A stretch of DNA of 64,000 bases from Spirochaetales bacterium (GCA_037142615.1 JBAXAI010000002.1:160001-224000); one strand, 5' to 3'. Positions 27,387-37,437 are shown, numbered from the stretch's first letter. The notes: generated by a model from the letters alone, not told the origin. Made by a program: numbers and translations.

Positions 27387-29095
27387 ACTGGCTCGAGGTG
27401 AACCTTGCGGTGCTGGAAGGCCGCTTTTCGGGCATAAGCAAGGAAATCCTGAGTCAAATCGCACCCATCGAACGGCCTGAGTTTCTCGACGCGAAGTCGG
27501 GCGCACGGACGGCACGCTGGAAGGGGCTCACGTGGGCGAGCACCTTTGATCCGGCGGCCGAAGCCCGCAAGACCCTGCCTGTCCTGACGGCCGAAACCGA
27601 CTTTGCCGTGGTCGGTGGGTTCGGCATGGGCTACTGGGCCGAAGCCCTTCGCGAAGAGCATCCGGACTTGCCAGTCGTTGTTGCCGAGCCGGATCCATGG
27701 TGGTTGGGGCAGGTTCTTGCGCAACGCGACCTGCGGTCGTTGTTGGCAGACCCGTTCGTCAGTTTCGTTCTCGGTGGTTCACCGCAGCAAATTGGTGACT
27801 ACCTGGGGCGCTTCGTGTGCCGCAACATTGCTTGGCTGCCCCACCGCCCGACCTTCGCCCTGCATTCGGTGTGGATGAACGGACTCGAAGCAGCGCTGGC
27901 CGATTTTCAGGCTCTCAGCCGGGTCAACCGGGCTACGCTGGACCGTTTCGCCGGGCTGTGGTTGCGCAACTTCGCCCGGAATGAGGCCCTGTGGGACTCC
28001 CCGCTCAGCGCACCGATTGCCGTCGGACGCTTGGCCGGCCTGGCCCCCGGCTCACGGGTGGTGATCGCCGCTGCCGGGCCCTCGCTGGGTGGCAGTTTGG
28101 ACTGGCTGAAGCGGCACCGAAGCCAAGTGCTTCTGATAGCAGTAGATACGAGCTGGAACACCTTGAAGCAGGCGGGTCTTGTCCCGGATTTTGTTGTGAT
28201 TATGGACGGCCAATACTGGAACGCCCGCCATGTCGATCCGCCCGTGGAGGCGCCGACCCGCATTGTGTGCGAAGGCGTCAGTCACCCGTCAACGCTCCGC
28301 CTGGCCCCGGAGCGGACCTACGTCGCCGCTACCAGCGTCCCCCTGCTTCGCTCCCGCGAAGAACGTGTGTGGGGCGAACTGGGAACTCTCCGGTCCGGAG
28401 GCTCGGTAGCCACCACGGCCTGGTCGTTGGCGCTTCTCTTGGGCGCCACGGAAGTCGTCTTTTGCGGCCTCGATCTTGGTTATCCCAAGGGCGGCAGCCA
28501 CGTTCAGGGCAGTCAGTTTGAAGAGCGAAAGCACCGTTTGGCCCGACGACTTCAACCGGCCGAAACCTGGGGCCACTCGTGGCTGGGCGAGCCCGGGTTG
28601 GTCCAGCGTCTTGCCACCACCGGGGGGCAGATCCTTTCGGACCCAAGGATGGACCTCTACCGCTCCTGGTTGGCCCTCTCGGTCGCAGAACATCCCGAGG
28701 TGACCGCCTGGAACCTGAGCCCCATCGGTTCACGAGTGCCTGGCCTGAGTACACCCCCAGCCCGTCTTGGCGAAGATTGGCCTCAACAACCAGTTCCCCG
28801 CTGGCCAGAGGGACCTCGTCTGGTGAGCCGCAGCGAAGTTCCCGACGCGACCAGCCTCCCACTACCGCTGGCGTTCCCCGCCGAAATGGGGCGCGCCTGG
28901 GTTGAGGCTTGGGAACTCAGGGGGCAGCGCTTGTGGGGACAAGGCTGGGAACTCGTGGCCGGACCTGCTCTTCGGACCTGGAAGCTGTTTCCGTCAGCAC
29001 GGAGCCTTCGAGCGCTTCGGGAAAGCTGGGACCTCGAGCAAACGCTGGAAAGTCAGATTTTCCGTTCAAGTCCTGCGGGGGCCGTCCGATCATGA
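27383..29095 (+). CDS. Maf/DUF115 protein, third paralog
   Basis: ASTFDPAAEA, AAAGPSL, AVDTS, DGQYWN, GGSVATTA, GLDLGY. Confidence 0.78.
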   Translation: MNWLEVNLAVLEGRFSGISKEILSQIAPIERPEFLDAKSGARTARWKGLTWASTFDPAAEARKTLPVLTAETDFAVVGGFGMGYWAEALREEHPDLPVVVAEPDPWWLGQVLAQRDLRSLLADPFVSFVLGGSPQQIGDYLGRFVCRNIAWLPHRPTFALHSVWMNGLEAALADFQALSRVNRATLDRFAGLWLRNFARNEALWDSPLSAPIAVGRLAGLAPGSRVVIAAAGPSLGGSLDWLKRHRSQVLLIAVDTSWNTLKQAGLVPDFVVIMDGQYWNARHVDPPVEAPTRIVCEGVSHPSTLRLAPERTYVAATSVPLLRSREERVWGELGTLRSGGSVATTAWSLALLLGATEVVFCGLDLGYPKGGSHVQGSQFEERKHRLARRLQPAETWGHSWLGEPGLVQRLATTGGQILSDPRMDLYRSWLALSVAEHPEVTAWNLSPIGSRVPGLSTPPARLGEDWPQQPVPRWPEGPRLVSRSEVPDATSLPLPLAFPAEMGRAWVEAWELRGQRLWGQGWELVAGPALRTWKLFPSARSLRALRESWDLEQTLESQIFRSSPAGAVRS

Positions 29096-29116
29096 AAGGG
29101 AGCTCAAAAAGCCACT

Positions 29117-29158
29117 AAAGCGGTATGCCGTCGACGTCCAGAGGCATACCGTTTTTTT
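29117..29158 (+). terminator. Intrinsic terminator
   Basis: gcggtatgcc...ggcataccgt stem followed by a T run. Confidence 0.7.
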
Positions 29159-29184
29159 ATGCTCGGCTGGGCAGAAACTTCAGG

Positions 29185-29602
29185 CTACAATTCAAAACTC
29201 AAGACGCGGTTATTGAGCTCATCACCGACAACCAGCCTCGTATCGTCGAGGTACACCCCCCCACTGCCGCTGCTCAGGGTCGTGGACGAGGTGCCGCTTG
29301 CGGTGCTCGCGAAATCCGCCTGCCCGAGGACTAGGTCGGCCGCCTGGCCGGTTGTGTGCCCTGAGGGCGGTCACCGAGGTTCCCGCAGGAAGGCTCACGG
29401 CGATCGTCGTCGTACTCTCTGAAACCGTACCGGTTGCAGAGACAGTCAAGGCGCTGTTGAGGGCAGCCGAGAAGCCGAACGCGGTGATCTGTTTCATGGA
29501 CGAGAGGCCCGTCTGGGGTCCCAGACCCAGAAACTGACAGCCGAGGAGCAGAGCCGTTAACAGAACGAGTGAAGAGGCCTTCAGAAAGGTGACTAATTTC
29601 AT
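29185..29602 (-). pseudogene. Lipoprotein remnant: Ig-like N-terminus fused out of frame to a final NHL repeat
   Basis: Lipobox LLGC; KQITAFGF...IAVSLPAGTSVTAL; then in another frame AADLVLGQADF...RLVVGDELNNRVLSFEL*. Confidence 0.75.
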
Positions 29603-29774
29603 AATAATACTCTCCTAAGCTGAGAGTTCACCCACCCACTAATCTTGTCAAGAATTATCTCCAAAATGTTAATAATAGCCAAAAGCTCCAGTCTGGAAGT
29701 CGGCAAGGGTGCGATTTCCCACGCCGGGACTTTCCCGCTTGGCCAGCACGGCGTTTGTGCGCTATCTGTAATCC

Positions 29775-30281
29775 ATGAACATCCTGTTTGTCTGTACCGG
29801 TAACATCTGCCGGTCCCCCCTCGCGGAAGTGATCTTTCGCGAGCTGGTGCGCAACGAAGGGCTGGAAGCAGAAATCCTGGTCGACTCGGCGGGCACGGAA
29901 GGCTACCACGAGGGAGACCCGGCCGACGAAAGGTCGCGACGCACGGCGCGGAGCCGGGGCCTGGAAATTACTCACCGGTCCCGGGAAATCCGAGCGACAG
30001 ATTTCACCAAGTTTGACCGGATCATCGCCATGGACTCCCACAACCTGAGAGACCTGCAGCGTCTGGCCCGGGGTGAGCGGGAACGGCGGAAGATCAGCCT
30101 GCTCAGAGATTTCGACCCCAGCGGTCCCGGCGACGTGCCTGATCCTTACTACGGGTCGCTCGACGACTTCGAAATGGTGTGGCATATGTGCGAGCGGTCG
30201 GCGCCCCGTCTGCTGGACTACCTGAAGGCCTTCGGCCTGGAAGCGTTCGAGGAGCCTACGGGCCGTCTCACGGGCCGGTAA
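29775..30281 (+). CDS. Low-molecular-weight protein tyrosine phosphatase
   Basis: VCTGNICRSP and DPYY. Confidence 0.93.
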   Translation: MNILFVCTGNICRSPLAEVIFRELVRNEGLEAEILVDSAGTEGYHEGDPADERSRRTARSRGLEITHRSREIRATDFTKFDRIIAMDSHNLRDLQRLARGERERRKISLLRDFDPSGPGDVPDPYYGSLDDFEMVWHMCERSAPRLLDYLKAFGLEAFEEPTGRLTGR

Positions 30282-30990
30282 GGCCGCCGAAGCCGAGCGC
30301 AGCGATCCCCAGGGCCAGGCTGCACGCGGTTTCGGTCCGCAAGACCGAGGTGCCCAGCGAGGCGGAACTCCAGCCAGCAGTCTCGAAGCTGAGTTGCTCG
30401 CGGTCGCTCCAGCCCCTCTCGGGCCCGATGGCCAACCACAGGGGTCCGTTCTGAGTCAGTACCGGGTGCGAGGTCCACGGGGCCGCCTGTTCCCGGAAGC
30501 ATACCCGCCGGCCCGAAGAAATCAGGCTCAAGGCGGTGGACAGCCGTTGGTGTCGTTCAACCTGCGGCAAGCGGGTTCCCCGGTTCTGGGCCGCACCCTC
30601 CTTGAGCGCGTTTCGCCACTCGCCCTTCCACAAGGTACTCTGAAGGTAGGACTTATCACCCAGGTCGGTGGCGACAAAGTGCAGTTCGCAGGCGCCTAGA
30701 GTCGTCAGGTCTTTGAGAAGCCGCCGGGCGGTAGGAGGTCGCGGAGTGCCGATGAGCAACCGGATCTCCAGGAGGGCGGGCGGCTCAAGGGTGAACTCCT
30801 GTTCGCCGACTGCCAGGCCGGAGGCTCCCACCGACAAAAGGGCGGCGGTCCCCTTGCGCCCTTCCACCTCACCGGCCACAAAACGGTCTCCCGGAACCAG
30901 TTTCAGAATCTCGAGCAGATGCAGGGCTCGTGGGTCGCGGCGGTCCAGGGTTCCCGGCAGTTCGCCGGGTTCGAATAGCACCAGGTTCAT
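30268..30990 (-). CDS. rsmE: 16S rRNA m3U1498 methyltransferase
   Basis: IGPERGWS, LGTSVLRTETA. Confidence 0.88.
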   Translation of the reverse strand: MNLVLFEPGELPGTLDRRDPRALHLLEILKLVPGDRFVAGEVEGRKGTAALLSVGASGLAVGEQEFTLEPPALLEIRLLIGTPRPPTARRLLKDLTTLGACELHFVATDLGDKSYLQSTLWKGEWRNALKEGAAQNRGTRLPQVERHQRLSTALSLISSGRRVCFREQAAPWTSHPVLTQNGPLWLAIGPERGWSDREQLSFETAGWSSASLGTSVLRTETACSLALGIAALGFGGLTGP

Positions 30991-31035
30991 GGATTTTTCC
31001 CTTGCGATAGTGTATTGTCGCTGTCGGGGGTACCC

Positions 31036-31335
31036 ATGCCATTGAAAGGATACCAGCGGGGCTATTTAACCCGGAAAGCGCACCCGTTGCAACCGGTTGT
31101 GCAGATCGGAAAGAACGGCCTCACCGCAGAAGTCACCAAGGCCATCGACAAGGCACTGGATGACCACGAGCTCATCAAGGTGAAGTTCGTCCAGTTTCAG
31201 GACGAACGCGTGGAAATGGCCCGCGGCCTTGCCGAAACTCTCGAAACGACCCTTGTTCGGGTTGTGGGCAACATTGCCATTTATTACCGTCACCAACCAG
31301 ACCCCCAGAAGCGGGTGGTCCACCTGCCGAAGTGA
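31036..31335 (+). CDS. yhbY: CRM-domain RNA-binding protein
   Basis: AHPLQPVVQIGKNG, HELIKVK. Confidence 0.92.
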   Translation: MPLKGYQRGYLTRKAHPLQPVVQIGKNGLTAEVTKAIDKALDDHELIKVKFVQFQDERVEMARGLAETLETTLVRVVGNIAIYYRHQPDPQKRVVHLPK

Positions 31336-31348
31336 TCGCGGAGGCCGC

Positions 31349-32872
31349 ATGACCCTATTCCAAGTGAGGGCCGTTTGCGCCCTGTTTGTTGTGTTTGTCG
31401 CGGGAACGCTGAGCGCCCAAAACCTTGCCGAGGATGTGCTCAAGGGCAAGGAAATCCAAGGCATCGAGTTCAAGAGCTATGTAGGACCCCACAAGGTCAT
31501 TGAAAGTCGGCTCGCCATCCAGGGCATCGGCACCGAGTTGGGAACGCAGCTCAAGGCGGGCGGCACGGCGGCCGACTATGGCGGTAAGTATCGTCTCACG
31601 CGGTTGGTCGATCCCGCTTCCGCTCTGCTGAGCGCTGATCTGTTTGTGCTGGACGCGACGGCGGGTGTGGATCACATCCGCAACCTCAACTGGATCCTTT
31701 CGGCCTATTTGCAACAGGCGTTCGGCTACGCCCTGGCGGATGCCGACCTGCTGGCCGACTTCATCACCCGCTACAACGCCTTCTACCGGGGCAAGACCGA
31801 TTACTTTCCTCAGTACTACTCGCCCTTGATCACGGCCGCCTTGGTCCCGCCGGAATCGGCCGGGCTGGCCCTGGACTACCGCGACTGGCCGGGAAAAACG
31901 CGCATGCTGATTCCGCTGCGCAGCAGCCTCTCCAAGGGAGTTGCCGGCAGCGTGAACACCGAGGAGATCTCCAACAAGGCCATCGTCACCGATATGGGCA
32001 CTGATCAGGCCGCCATCGATGCCCGCAAAAAGCTCGCCGACCTCAAGGAAGGTGAAATTGTGCAGGAGCAGAAGGCCATCGCCCAAAAAGAAGCCACGCA
32101 GACGGCTGCGACGGGAGGCCAAACTCCCAAGACGAACTCTTCTGACCCTCAGACAAGTGCAGCGACCTCCGGAACTGGAACCTCAGCCGGAACCACGCCC
32201 CCCAACGCGGTCACCAGCGGTGCGGCGGCTTCAACGGCAGCGGCCACCGATCTCGGCGCGGCCAAGGCTGCCGTGGCCCAGCGCGACCAGGCCCTGCAGG
32301 CCGAGCGAAAGGACATTGTTGCCGCCGACCAAAAGAAAGTTGACACGCCCGTGGCGGTTGTAGCACCCGTGAAACCGCTGGTGCTGACGCCGGTCGTGCT
32401 GGTTAACGAATCCACCAAACTCGGCCAGGTGGTGCTTGTTGACCCGGCGGCCAACAAACTCTGGAAGAAATCAGACCTGAACTCCGTCCGTGCGGCGAGG
32501 GTGCAGGTGTTCGGGGATGGCCTGCTGGTGACAGCCGGTGACACCAAGGGGGTCAACGGGGCCGTCCGTCTGGTCTTGCTGAATAAGGATGACGCCACGG
32601 TGGTGCTGACGGGAACCGATGACGTCTCGCCCGACGCGCCGGTCTTGGTCAATGGGAATCAGATCCTCACGCTGACCAAGGGAGACAAGGGCTCGTGGGT
32701 GCTCGGCCTGTTCGACGCCAAACTCAAAACAACCGCCAAGGGAACCGACGGCCTGGCGGCTTCCACGGCCATCACAGTGGGCCCCTCCGGTATCTTTGTG
32801 CAGGGGACGGGCGGCAAACTGATGCTACTGGACGCGAAGACCCTGATCAAGAAGAGCGACACGGAGGGATAA
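31349..32872 (+). CDS. P83/100-family periplasmic protein
   Basis: Signal peptide; IEFKSYVGP, ADLF...VDHIRNL, YNAFYRG, WPGKTRMLIP. Confidence 0.8.
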   Translation: MTLFQVRAVCALFVVFVAGTLSAQNLAEDVLKGKEIQGIEFKSYVGPHKVIESRLAIQGIGTELGTQLKAGGTAADYGGKYRLTRLVDPASALLSADLFVLDATAGVDHIRNLNWILSAYLQQAFGYALADADLLADFITRYNAFYRGKTDYFPQYYSPLITAALVPPESAGLALDYRDWPGKTRMLIPLRSSLSKGVAGSVNTEEISNKAIVTDMGTDQAAIDARKKLADLKEGEIVQEQKAIAQKEATQTAATGGQTPKTNSSDPQTSAATSGTGTSAGTTPPNAVTSGAAASTAAATDLGAAKAAVAQRDQALQAERKDIVAADQKKVDTPVAVVAPVKPLVLTPVVLVNESTKLGQVVLVDPAANKLWKKSDLNSVRAARVQVFGDGLLVTAGDTKGVNGAVRLVLLNKDDATVVLTGTDDVSPDAPVLVNGNQILTLTKGDKGSWVLGLFDAKLKTTAKGTDGLAASTAITVGPSGIFVQGTGGKLMLLDAKTLIKKSDTEG

Positions 32873-34447
32873 ATGGCGAGAGGACCGTTCTTTGGCCGCA
32901 GCGTCTCGGTCGTCGAGGACCTCTCCCTCGACGAACAGTTCTACCTCTATTCCAAGACGGCCGAGATCAAGAAGGCCCTGCTTGCGGGCAAGGACCTTTC
33001 GGCGTACCGGCTGGGCGACAAGGACCTTTCGGTCTACCTGATCTTTCTGGAAGACAGCACACGCACCAAAGAATCCTTCCGCAACGCGGCCCTGTTCCAC
33101 CAGGCCACCGTCAGTGATTTCGACGCGGCCCACTCGTCGGTGAACAAGAAAGAAAGCCTGACCGACACCCTGAAGATGCTGGTGGGCTACAGCCGCCGTT
33201 CGATCTTTGTCATCCGCAGCTCGGTCGAAGGGGTGTGCCGTGCCCTCGAGACCACCATCGGCGACTACTGCCGGCGGTCAGGTATCGAAGCTCCGAGCTT
33301 CATCAACGCGGGCGACGGACGCCATGAGCATCCTTCCCAAGAGTTTCTCGACGAGTTCACCTTTCTCGAACACTTGAACTGGTCGCGCGAACGAATCCAC
33401 CTTGCGCTCACCGGCGACCTCTACTTCGGCCGCACCGTGCATTCCAAGGCAGACGGACTGAAGATCTTCCGCGAGGTCCGTGTCGATCTGATCGCCCCAA
33501 AGGAACTCGGTCTGCCTGAGTTCTACCTGCAAAAGATGACCGAAGCCGGGTTCGAGATCCGGGTTTTTCCCAGCATCGACGCCTATCTGGCTCAGCCCGA
33601 CATCGCCGGCTTGTGGTACTTCACCCGGCTCCAGTTGGAGCGCATGGGCGAGGATGTGCGTGATCGCGTCGAGCAGTTGAAGCAGGCGGTCACCGTGCGC
33701 CCGGACCACCTCGACAAGCTGCCTTCGGGCACTCGGTTCTACCATCCTCTTCCTCAGAATCGCACGGCGCCGACGATTCCCGACTTCGTCACGCCGTTGG
33801 CGCTCAACGGTTGGGACGAACAGTCCCGAAATGGGTACTTCACGCGAATTACCCTCATTGGCCTGCTCTCGGGAGCGCTGGGCCAGGACTACGCTGGTTT
33901 GCTGAGCCGGCCTGAGGAACCCACCGACGACTTTGTCCGCGAGGTCGAGGTGAGCGGGCACAGGAAGGCTGGCGAACCCAAGACGGGAATCAAGCCCGTC
34001 GACAACGGAATCGTCATCGATCACATCGGAACCGGGCGAACGGTCGAGCAGGTTTGGAAATTGCTCGACAAGATTCGCCGCAACCTTCAGCTCAACTACC
34101 TCTCGAGCCAAGGTGTCTTCTCGTCCAACAAGTCTGACGTCGTGAAGGGGCTCATCTCAATTCCGGACCTTCCCGACTTGGGCTTCAAGAAGATCAAGAA
34201 GCTTGCGGCGCTCAGTCCCGGTTGCAGCCTCAACATCGTGCGAGCCAGTCAAGTGATCCGCAAGTATCGGCTTCACATGCCACCGCGCATCTACAATTTT
34301 GCCGAGATCAGTTGCCGCAACCCCCAATGCATCAGCCACCCCGACCAGCACGAAGGGATCAATGCGGAGTTTCTGCGCCGGGGCGATGGGTTTGTGTGCA
34401 AGTATTGCGAGAGGTTGCACACTTACGACGACATCTGGACAGATTAG
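32873..34447 (+). CDS. pyrB: Fused aspartate carbamoyltransferase catalytic/regulatory subunit (PyrBI)
   Basis: STRTKESF, NAGDGRHEHPSQ, HPLP; PyrI part GIVIDHI, CRNPQC...CKYC. Confidence 0.93.
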   Translation: MARGPFFGRSVSVVEDLSLDEQFYLYSKTAEIKKALLAGKDLSAYRLGDKDLSVYLIFLEDSTRTKESFRNAALFHQATVSDFDAAHSSVNKKESLTDTLKMLVGYSRRSIFVIRSSVEGVCRALETTIGDYCRRSGIEAPSFINAGDGRHEHPSQEFLDEFTFLEHLNWSRERIHLALTGDLYFGRTVHSKADGLKIFREVRVDLIAPKELGLPEFYLQKMTEAGFEIRVFPSIDAYLAQPDIAGLWYFTRLQLERMGEDVRDRVEQLKQAVTVRPDHLDKLPSGTRFYHPLPQNRTAPTIPDFVTPLALNGWDEQSRNGYFTRITLIGLLSGALGQDYAGLLSRPEEPTDDFVREVEVSGHRKAGEPKTGIKPVDNGIVIDHIGTGRTVEQVWKLLDKIRRNLQLNYLSSQGVFSSNKSDVVKGLISIPDLPDLGFKKIKKLAALSPGCSLNIVRASQVIRKYRLHMPPRIYNFAEISCRNPQCISHPDQHEGINAEFLRRGDGFVCKYCERLHTYDDIWTD

Positions 34448-34452
34448 GGTAG

Positions 34453-34594
34453 GTCGGCCGGTTGGGGCCGCGACCTCGCGGGTCTGGCGGCGCCTCCTCC
34501 TTGCTGTGTCAGTCGAGTAGCTTCCGCTACACTCCTTCCTCGCTTCGTCGTCGGCTTGCCAGCCCCACGATTTCGCTGGCCCGAACCGGCCGAC
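34453..34594. repeat. ~140-bp imperfect palindrome (ERIC/MITE-like)
   Basis: Terminal arms gtcggccggtt/aaccggccgac, with further pairing inward. Confidence 0.65.
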
Positions 34595-34620
34595 AGATTC
34601 GGCAATCGGCATTTATCGCG

Positions 34621-34797
34621 CGGTGGGCCCGCAGAAGGCCTACTGGTGCCATCGGCTTCGCCTTGGCCGGTTGGGGCCGCAGAAGGCCTACTGGTGCCGT
34701 CGGCTTCGCCTCGGCCGGTTGGGGCCGCAGTAGGCGCACTGGTGCCGTCGGCTTCGCCTCGGCAAGGGGGCTACTGGTGCATCGGCTTCGCTTTGGC
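34621..34797. repeat. 47-48-bp tandem repeat, three copies plus a partial
   Basis: Unit cggttggggccgcagaaggcctactggtgccgtcggcttcgcctcggc at 34621, 34668 and 34716. Confidence 0.88.
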
Positions 34798-37277
34798 TAG
34801 TCGAGGAGGTTGAGGTCTTGAGGTGAGTTGGACTCTGGTGCAGGGGTATCGAGGCCGAGGTCGAGGTTCAGGTCGGTATTGAGATCGCCCGACGAACCTG
34901 ACATTTCCTGGAGGGCCCCTTGGATGTTCGACGCGAGTGCTTCGTTGCGCAGGCGGCGGAAGTTGGCCATGTTCGAAACTTCGGTGGGGCCGGTTCCATT
35001 CAAGAAGATCTCCCCGATCACCTTCTCGCCGGGTTCGCCCGACGGCAACAGACCCGTCTCTGCGTCCACATTCATCGAGTAAAGCCCGGTTGAGGGGCGC
35101 GCGAACTTGAGCGGGGCCAAGTTGGCATGAACCTGCTTCATGAACGAGGCCCAGAGCGGACCCGCTGCCACAGCGCCGGAGTTTTCCAAACCCAACGAGT
35201 TGCCAGGCTTGTCAAACCCGAGCCAGATAGCCGTGGTCATATAGGGCGAATAGCCCACCGTCCACGCGTCTGACCAGTTTTGGGTAGTCCCTGTTTTTCC
35301 TGCCATTTCCATGGGCAGGCCGTTCACTCCGTACACTGCACCAGCGAGGGTGCCCTCAGAGACGGTGGTCTTGAGCAGGTCGGTCATGATGTAGGCCGTC
35401 TGTGGGCTGATGAGCTGAGACGCGCTACCCTTGTACTTCTGCACCTCAAGAGCATCCAAGGCCGGGTTGTTGATGATATTACCCTTGCGGTCCTGAATGT
35501 AGAGTAGGGCGATAGGATCGACGGCTCGGCCCTGATTCGCGAAGACCGCGTAGGCGCGGGCCATCTGGATCGGCGCGATCGAGATGATACCCAGAGCCAG
35601 GGGGTACTTACGTGGGAACGTCTGGGCAATCTTAACGGGGTCCGAAATGCCCAGGAGCAGTGCCGCCCGGTCGATCGCGGCGTCGAAGCCTACTCCGGCT
35701 AGCACCTGAATCGCGGGGACGTTCATGGAATGCGCGAGGGCCTGGCGAAGCAACACCGGCCCCTTCCATTCGCCCTTGAAGTTGAGCGGCGTGTAAGTCG
35801 TGCCGTCGTCGTAGGTGAACACCGTGGGGGCGTCCATGATCATCGTTGCCGGGGTGTACTTGTGCGAATCGATGGCAGCTGAATAGAACAAGGGCTTGAA
35901 CGACGAGCCCGGTTGGATATTGGCTTGTACGGCCCGGTTGAACTGATTGAGGCGATCGAATTGCGAACCGCCGACCATGGCCTTGATGTAGCCGGTGGAA
36001 TTATCGATGGTCACGAGCGCGCCTTCGACCTGGGTCTTGCCCGAAAGATCGATCACGCTCTGGTAGGCCGTCACGGCAGCGTCCTGAACCAAGTCGAGAC
36101 CAAACAGCTTCGCCGCGACGTCTATGGTGGGTGAAACCTGAACGTTGAGGTACTCACGGGCGTCGCGCAGGTACTGGGTGCTGCTGGCCTTGAAGTCTGG
36201 CAAATTGAAGCCGAGCGCGAGCATGTCGAGCAGCGGGCTGATTTCGGTGTCGACCACGTTTCCGCGAGTCTCCGTATTGGAATGGTAGCGGGAATTGGTG
36301 TCTGCGATGCCCTTGGTCATCACCTCGTCGGCGACCTTCTGTATACTGAGGTCAAGCGTCGTGTGAATGGTCAGACCGTCTCGGTAAATGTCGTGCGGCC
36401 CGAGCAAGTTCTCTTCGACAAGACCGCGGATGTACTCCGAGAAGAAAGGAGCCTTGTCTTTACGGTCAAAGAAGGCGGTACTGAGGCTGTCACGCCGGTA
36501 GTCGTAGTTCGACCAGTACTTGTTGAACGAATCGTCCGACTGGGCCTGACTGATAAAGCCCCGCGTGACCATGTCGGCCAAGATCTCTTCCTGAATCTTG
36601 CGGGCGCTGTTGGGGTTGCGGATCGGAGAGTACAAGCCGGGTCGGACGAGTTGGATGACCAGAATGGCCGACTCAGCCACTGTGATCTCGCGCACCGAAT
36701 GACGGAAGAAGTACTGGCTGGCAGACTCAACGCCGTAGGTCGTGTGGCCAAAGGGCATGTTGTTGAGGTACTGCTCGAGGATCTCCTGCTTGCTGAAGCG
36801 GCTCTCAAGCTGGAATGCCCACCAAAGTTCCTCCAGCTTTCGGGTCAGGGTAATCTGCGAGCGGTCGGAGTAAAGCTTACCCGCCAATTGTTGGGTCACC
36901 GTGCTACCGCCAGAAAACAATTGCCCGGTGAGCATCTGAAAGAGGGCGCGGCTGAAGCCCCGCAGCGAAAATCCGTTGTGTGTAAAGAACTCTTGGTCTT
37001 CGCGGGTCAATAACGCGTTGGTGAGGTACTTGGGGACCTCGTTGTACGAGACAATTTCCCGCTTCTCGTCGGAGAAAAACTCGGTGATCAAGTTTCCATT
37101 GATGTCGAGCACCTGCGACGGAAGGGAAGGGCTGAAATCCCCGAAGCTAATCTGGTTGCGGATGTTGATGTTGGCAGCCATCACCAAGCCCAGAAGCAGG
37201 CCCATGACAGCCGAGGAACCCAGCCCGAACAGGGCCAGGAACGTCAGGACCCGGTTACGCCGGGCAGAAAAAGTCAT
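34797..37277 (-). CDS. Class A penicillin-binding protein (PBP1A family)
   Basis: EDQEFF, GGSTVTQQL, RKLEE, PGSSFK, SMN, KTGT. Confidence 0.93.
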   Translation of the reverse strand: MTFSARRNRVLTFLALFGLGSSAVMGLLLGLVMAANINIRNQISFGDFSPSLPSQVLDINGNLITEFFSDEKREIVSYNEVPKYLTNALLTREDQEFFTHNGFSLRGFSRALFQMLTGQLFSGGSTVTQQLAGKLYSDRSQITLTRKLEELWWAFQLESRFSKQEILEQYLNNMPFGHTTYGVESASQYFFRHSVREITVAESAILVIQLVRPGLYSPIRNPNSARKIQEEILADMVTRGFISQAQSDDSFNKYWSNYDYRRDSLSTAFFDRKDKAPFFSEYIRGLVEENLLGPHDIYRDGLTIHTTLDLSIQKVADEVMTKGIADTNSRYHSNTETRGNVVDTEISPLLDMLALGFNLPDFKASSTQYLRDAREYLNVQVSPTIDVAAKLFGLDLVQDAAVTAYQSVIDLSGKTQVEGALVTIDNSTGYIKAMVGGSQFDRLNQFNRAVQANIQPGSSFKPLFYSAAIDSHKYTPATMIMDAPTVFTYDDGTTYTPLNFKGEWKGPVLLRQALAHSMNVPAIQVLAGVGFDAAIDRAALLLGISDPVKIAQTFPRKYPLALGIISIAPIQMARAYAVFANQGRAVDPIALLYIQDRKGNIINNPALDALEVQKYKGSASQLISPQTAYIMTDLLKTTVSEGTLAGAVYGVNGLPMEMAGKTGTTQNWSDAWTVGYSPYMTTAIWLGFDKPGNSLGLENSGAVAAGPLWASFMKQVHANLAPLKFARPSTGLYSMNVDAETGLLPSGEPGEKVIGEIFLNGTGPTEVSNMANFRRLRNEALASNIQGALQEMSGSSGDLNTDLNLDLGLDTPAPESNSPQDLNLLD

Positions 37278-37321
37278 GTCGCCAGACTAGGCCACAAGCG
37301 CCGGCCGAGTCAAGGCGAGGC

Positions 37322-37352
37322 AAAAAAAGAGACCAGCTGGGGAGCTGGTCTC
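37322..37352 (-). terminator. Intrinsic terminator
   Basis: gagaccagct-cccc-agctggtctc followed by T7 on the minus strand. Confidence 0.8.
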
Positions 37353-37437
37353 AACCCCGAAGGGTACCGTCGGATATAGTAAACTGGGAGGGGAACTATA
37401 TCTGCCCGGCATTCTCTTTGTCGGTTGTCTGGCTCCC
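37322..37437 (-). ncRNA. Candidate structured small RNA
   Basis: Four nested helices with a C-rich apical loop, ending at the terminator. Confidence 0.35.

Noticed and set aside
29775-30281. YwlE-type arginine phosphatase partnering ClpC
   Set aside because: The P-loop is CTGNICRS (Ile), not the Thr-containing YwlE type, and no mcsA/mcsB lies beside clpC.
34621-34797. 48-bp repeats as a CRISPR array
   Set aside because: The units are contiguous with no unique spacers, and there are no cas genes in the window.
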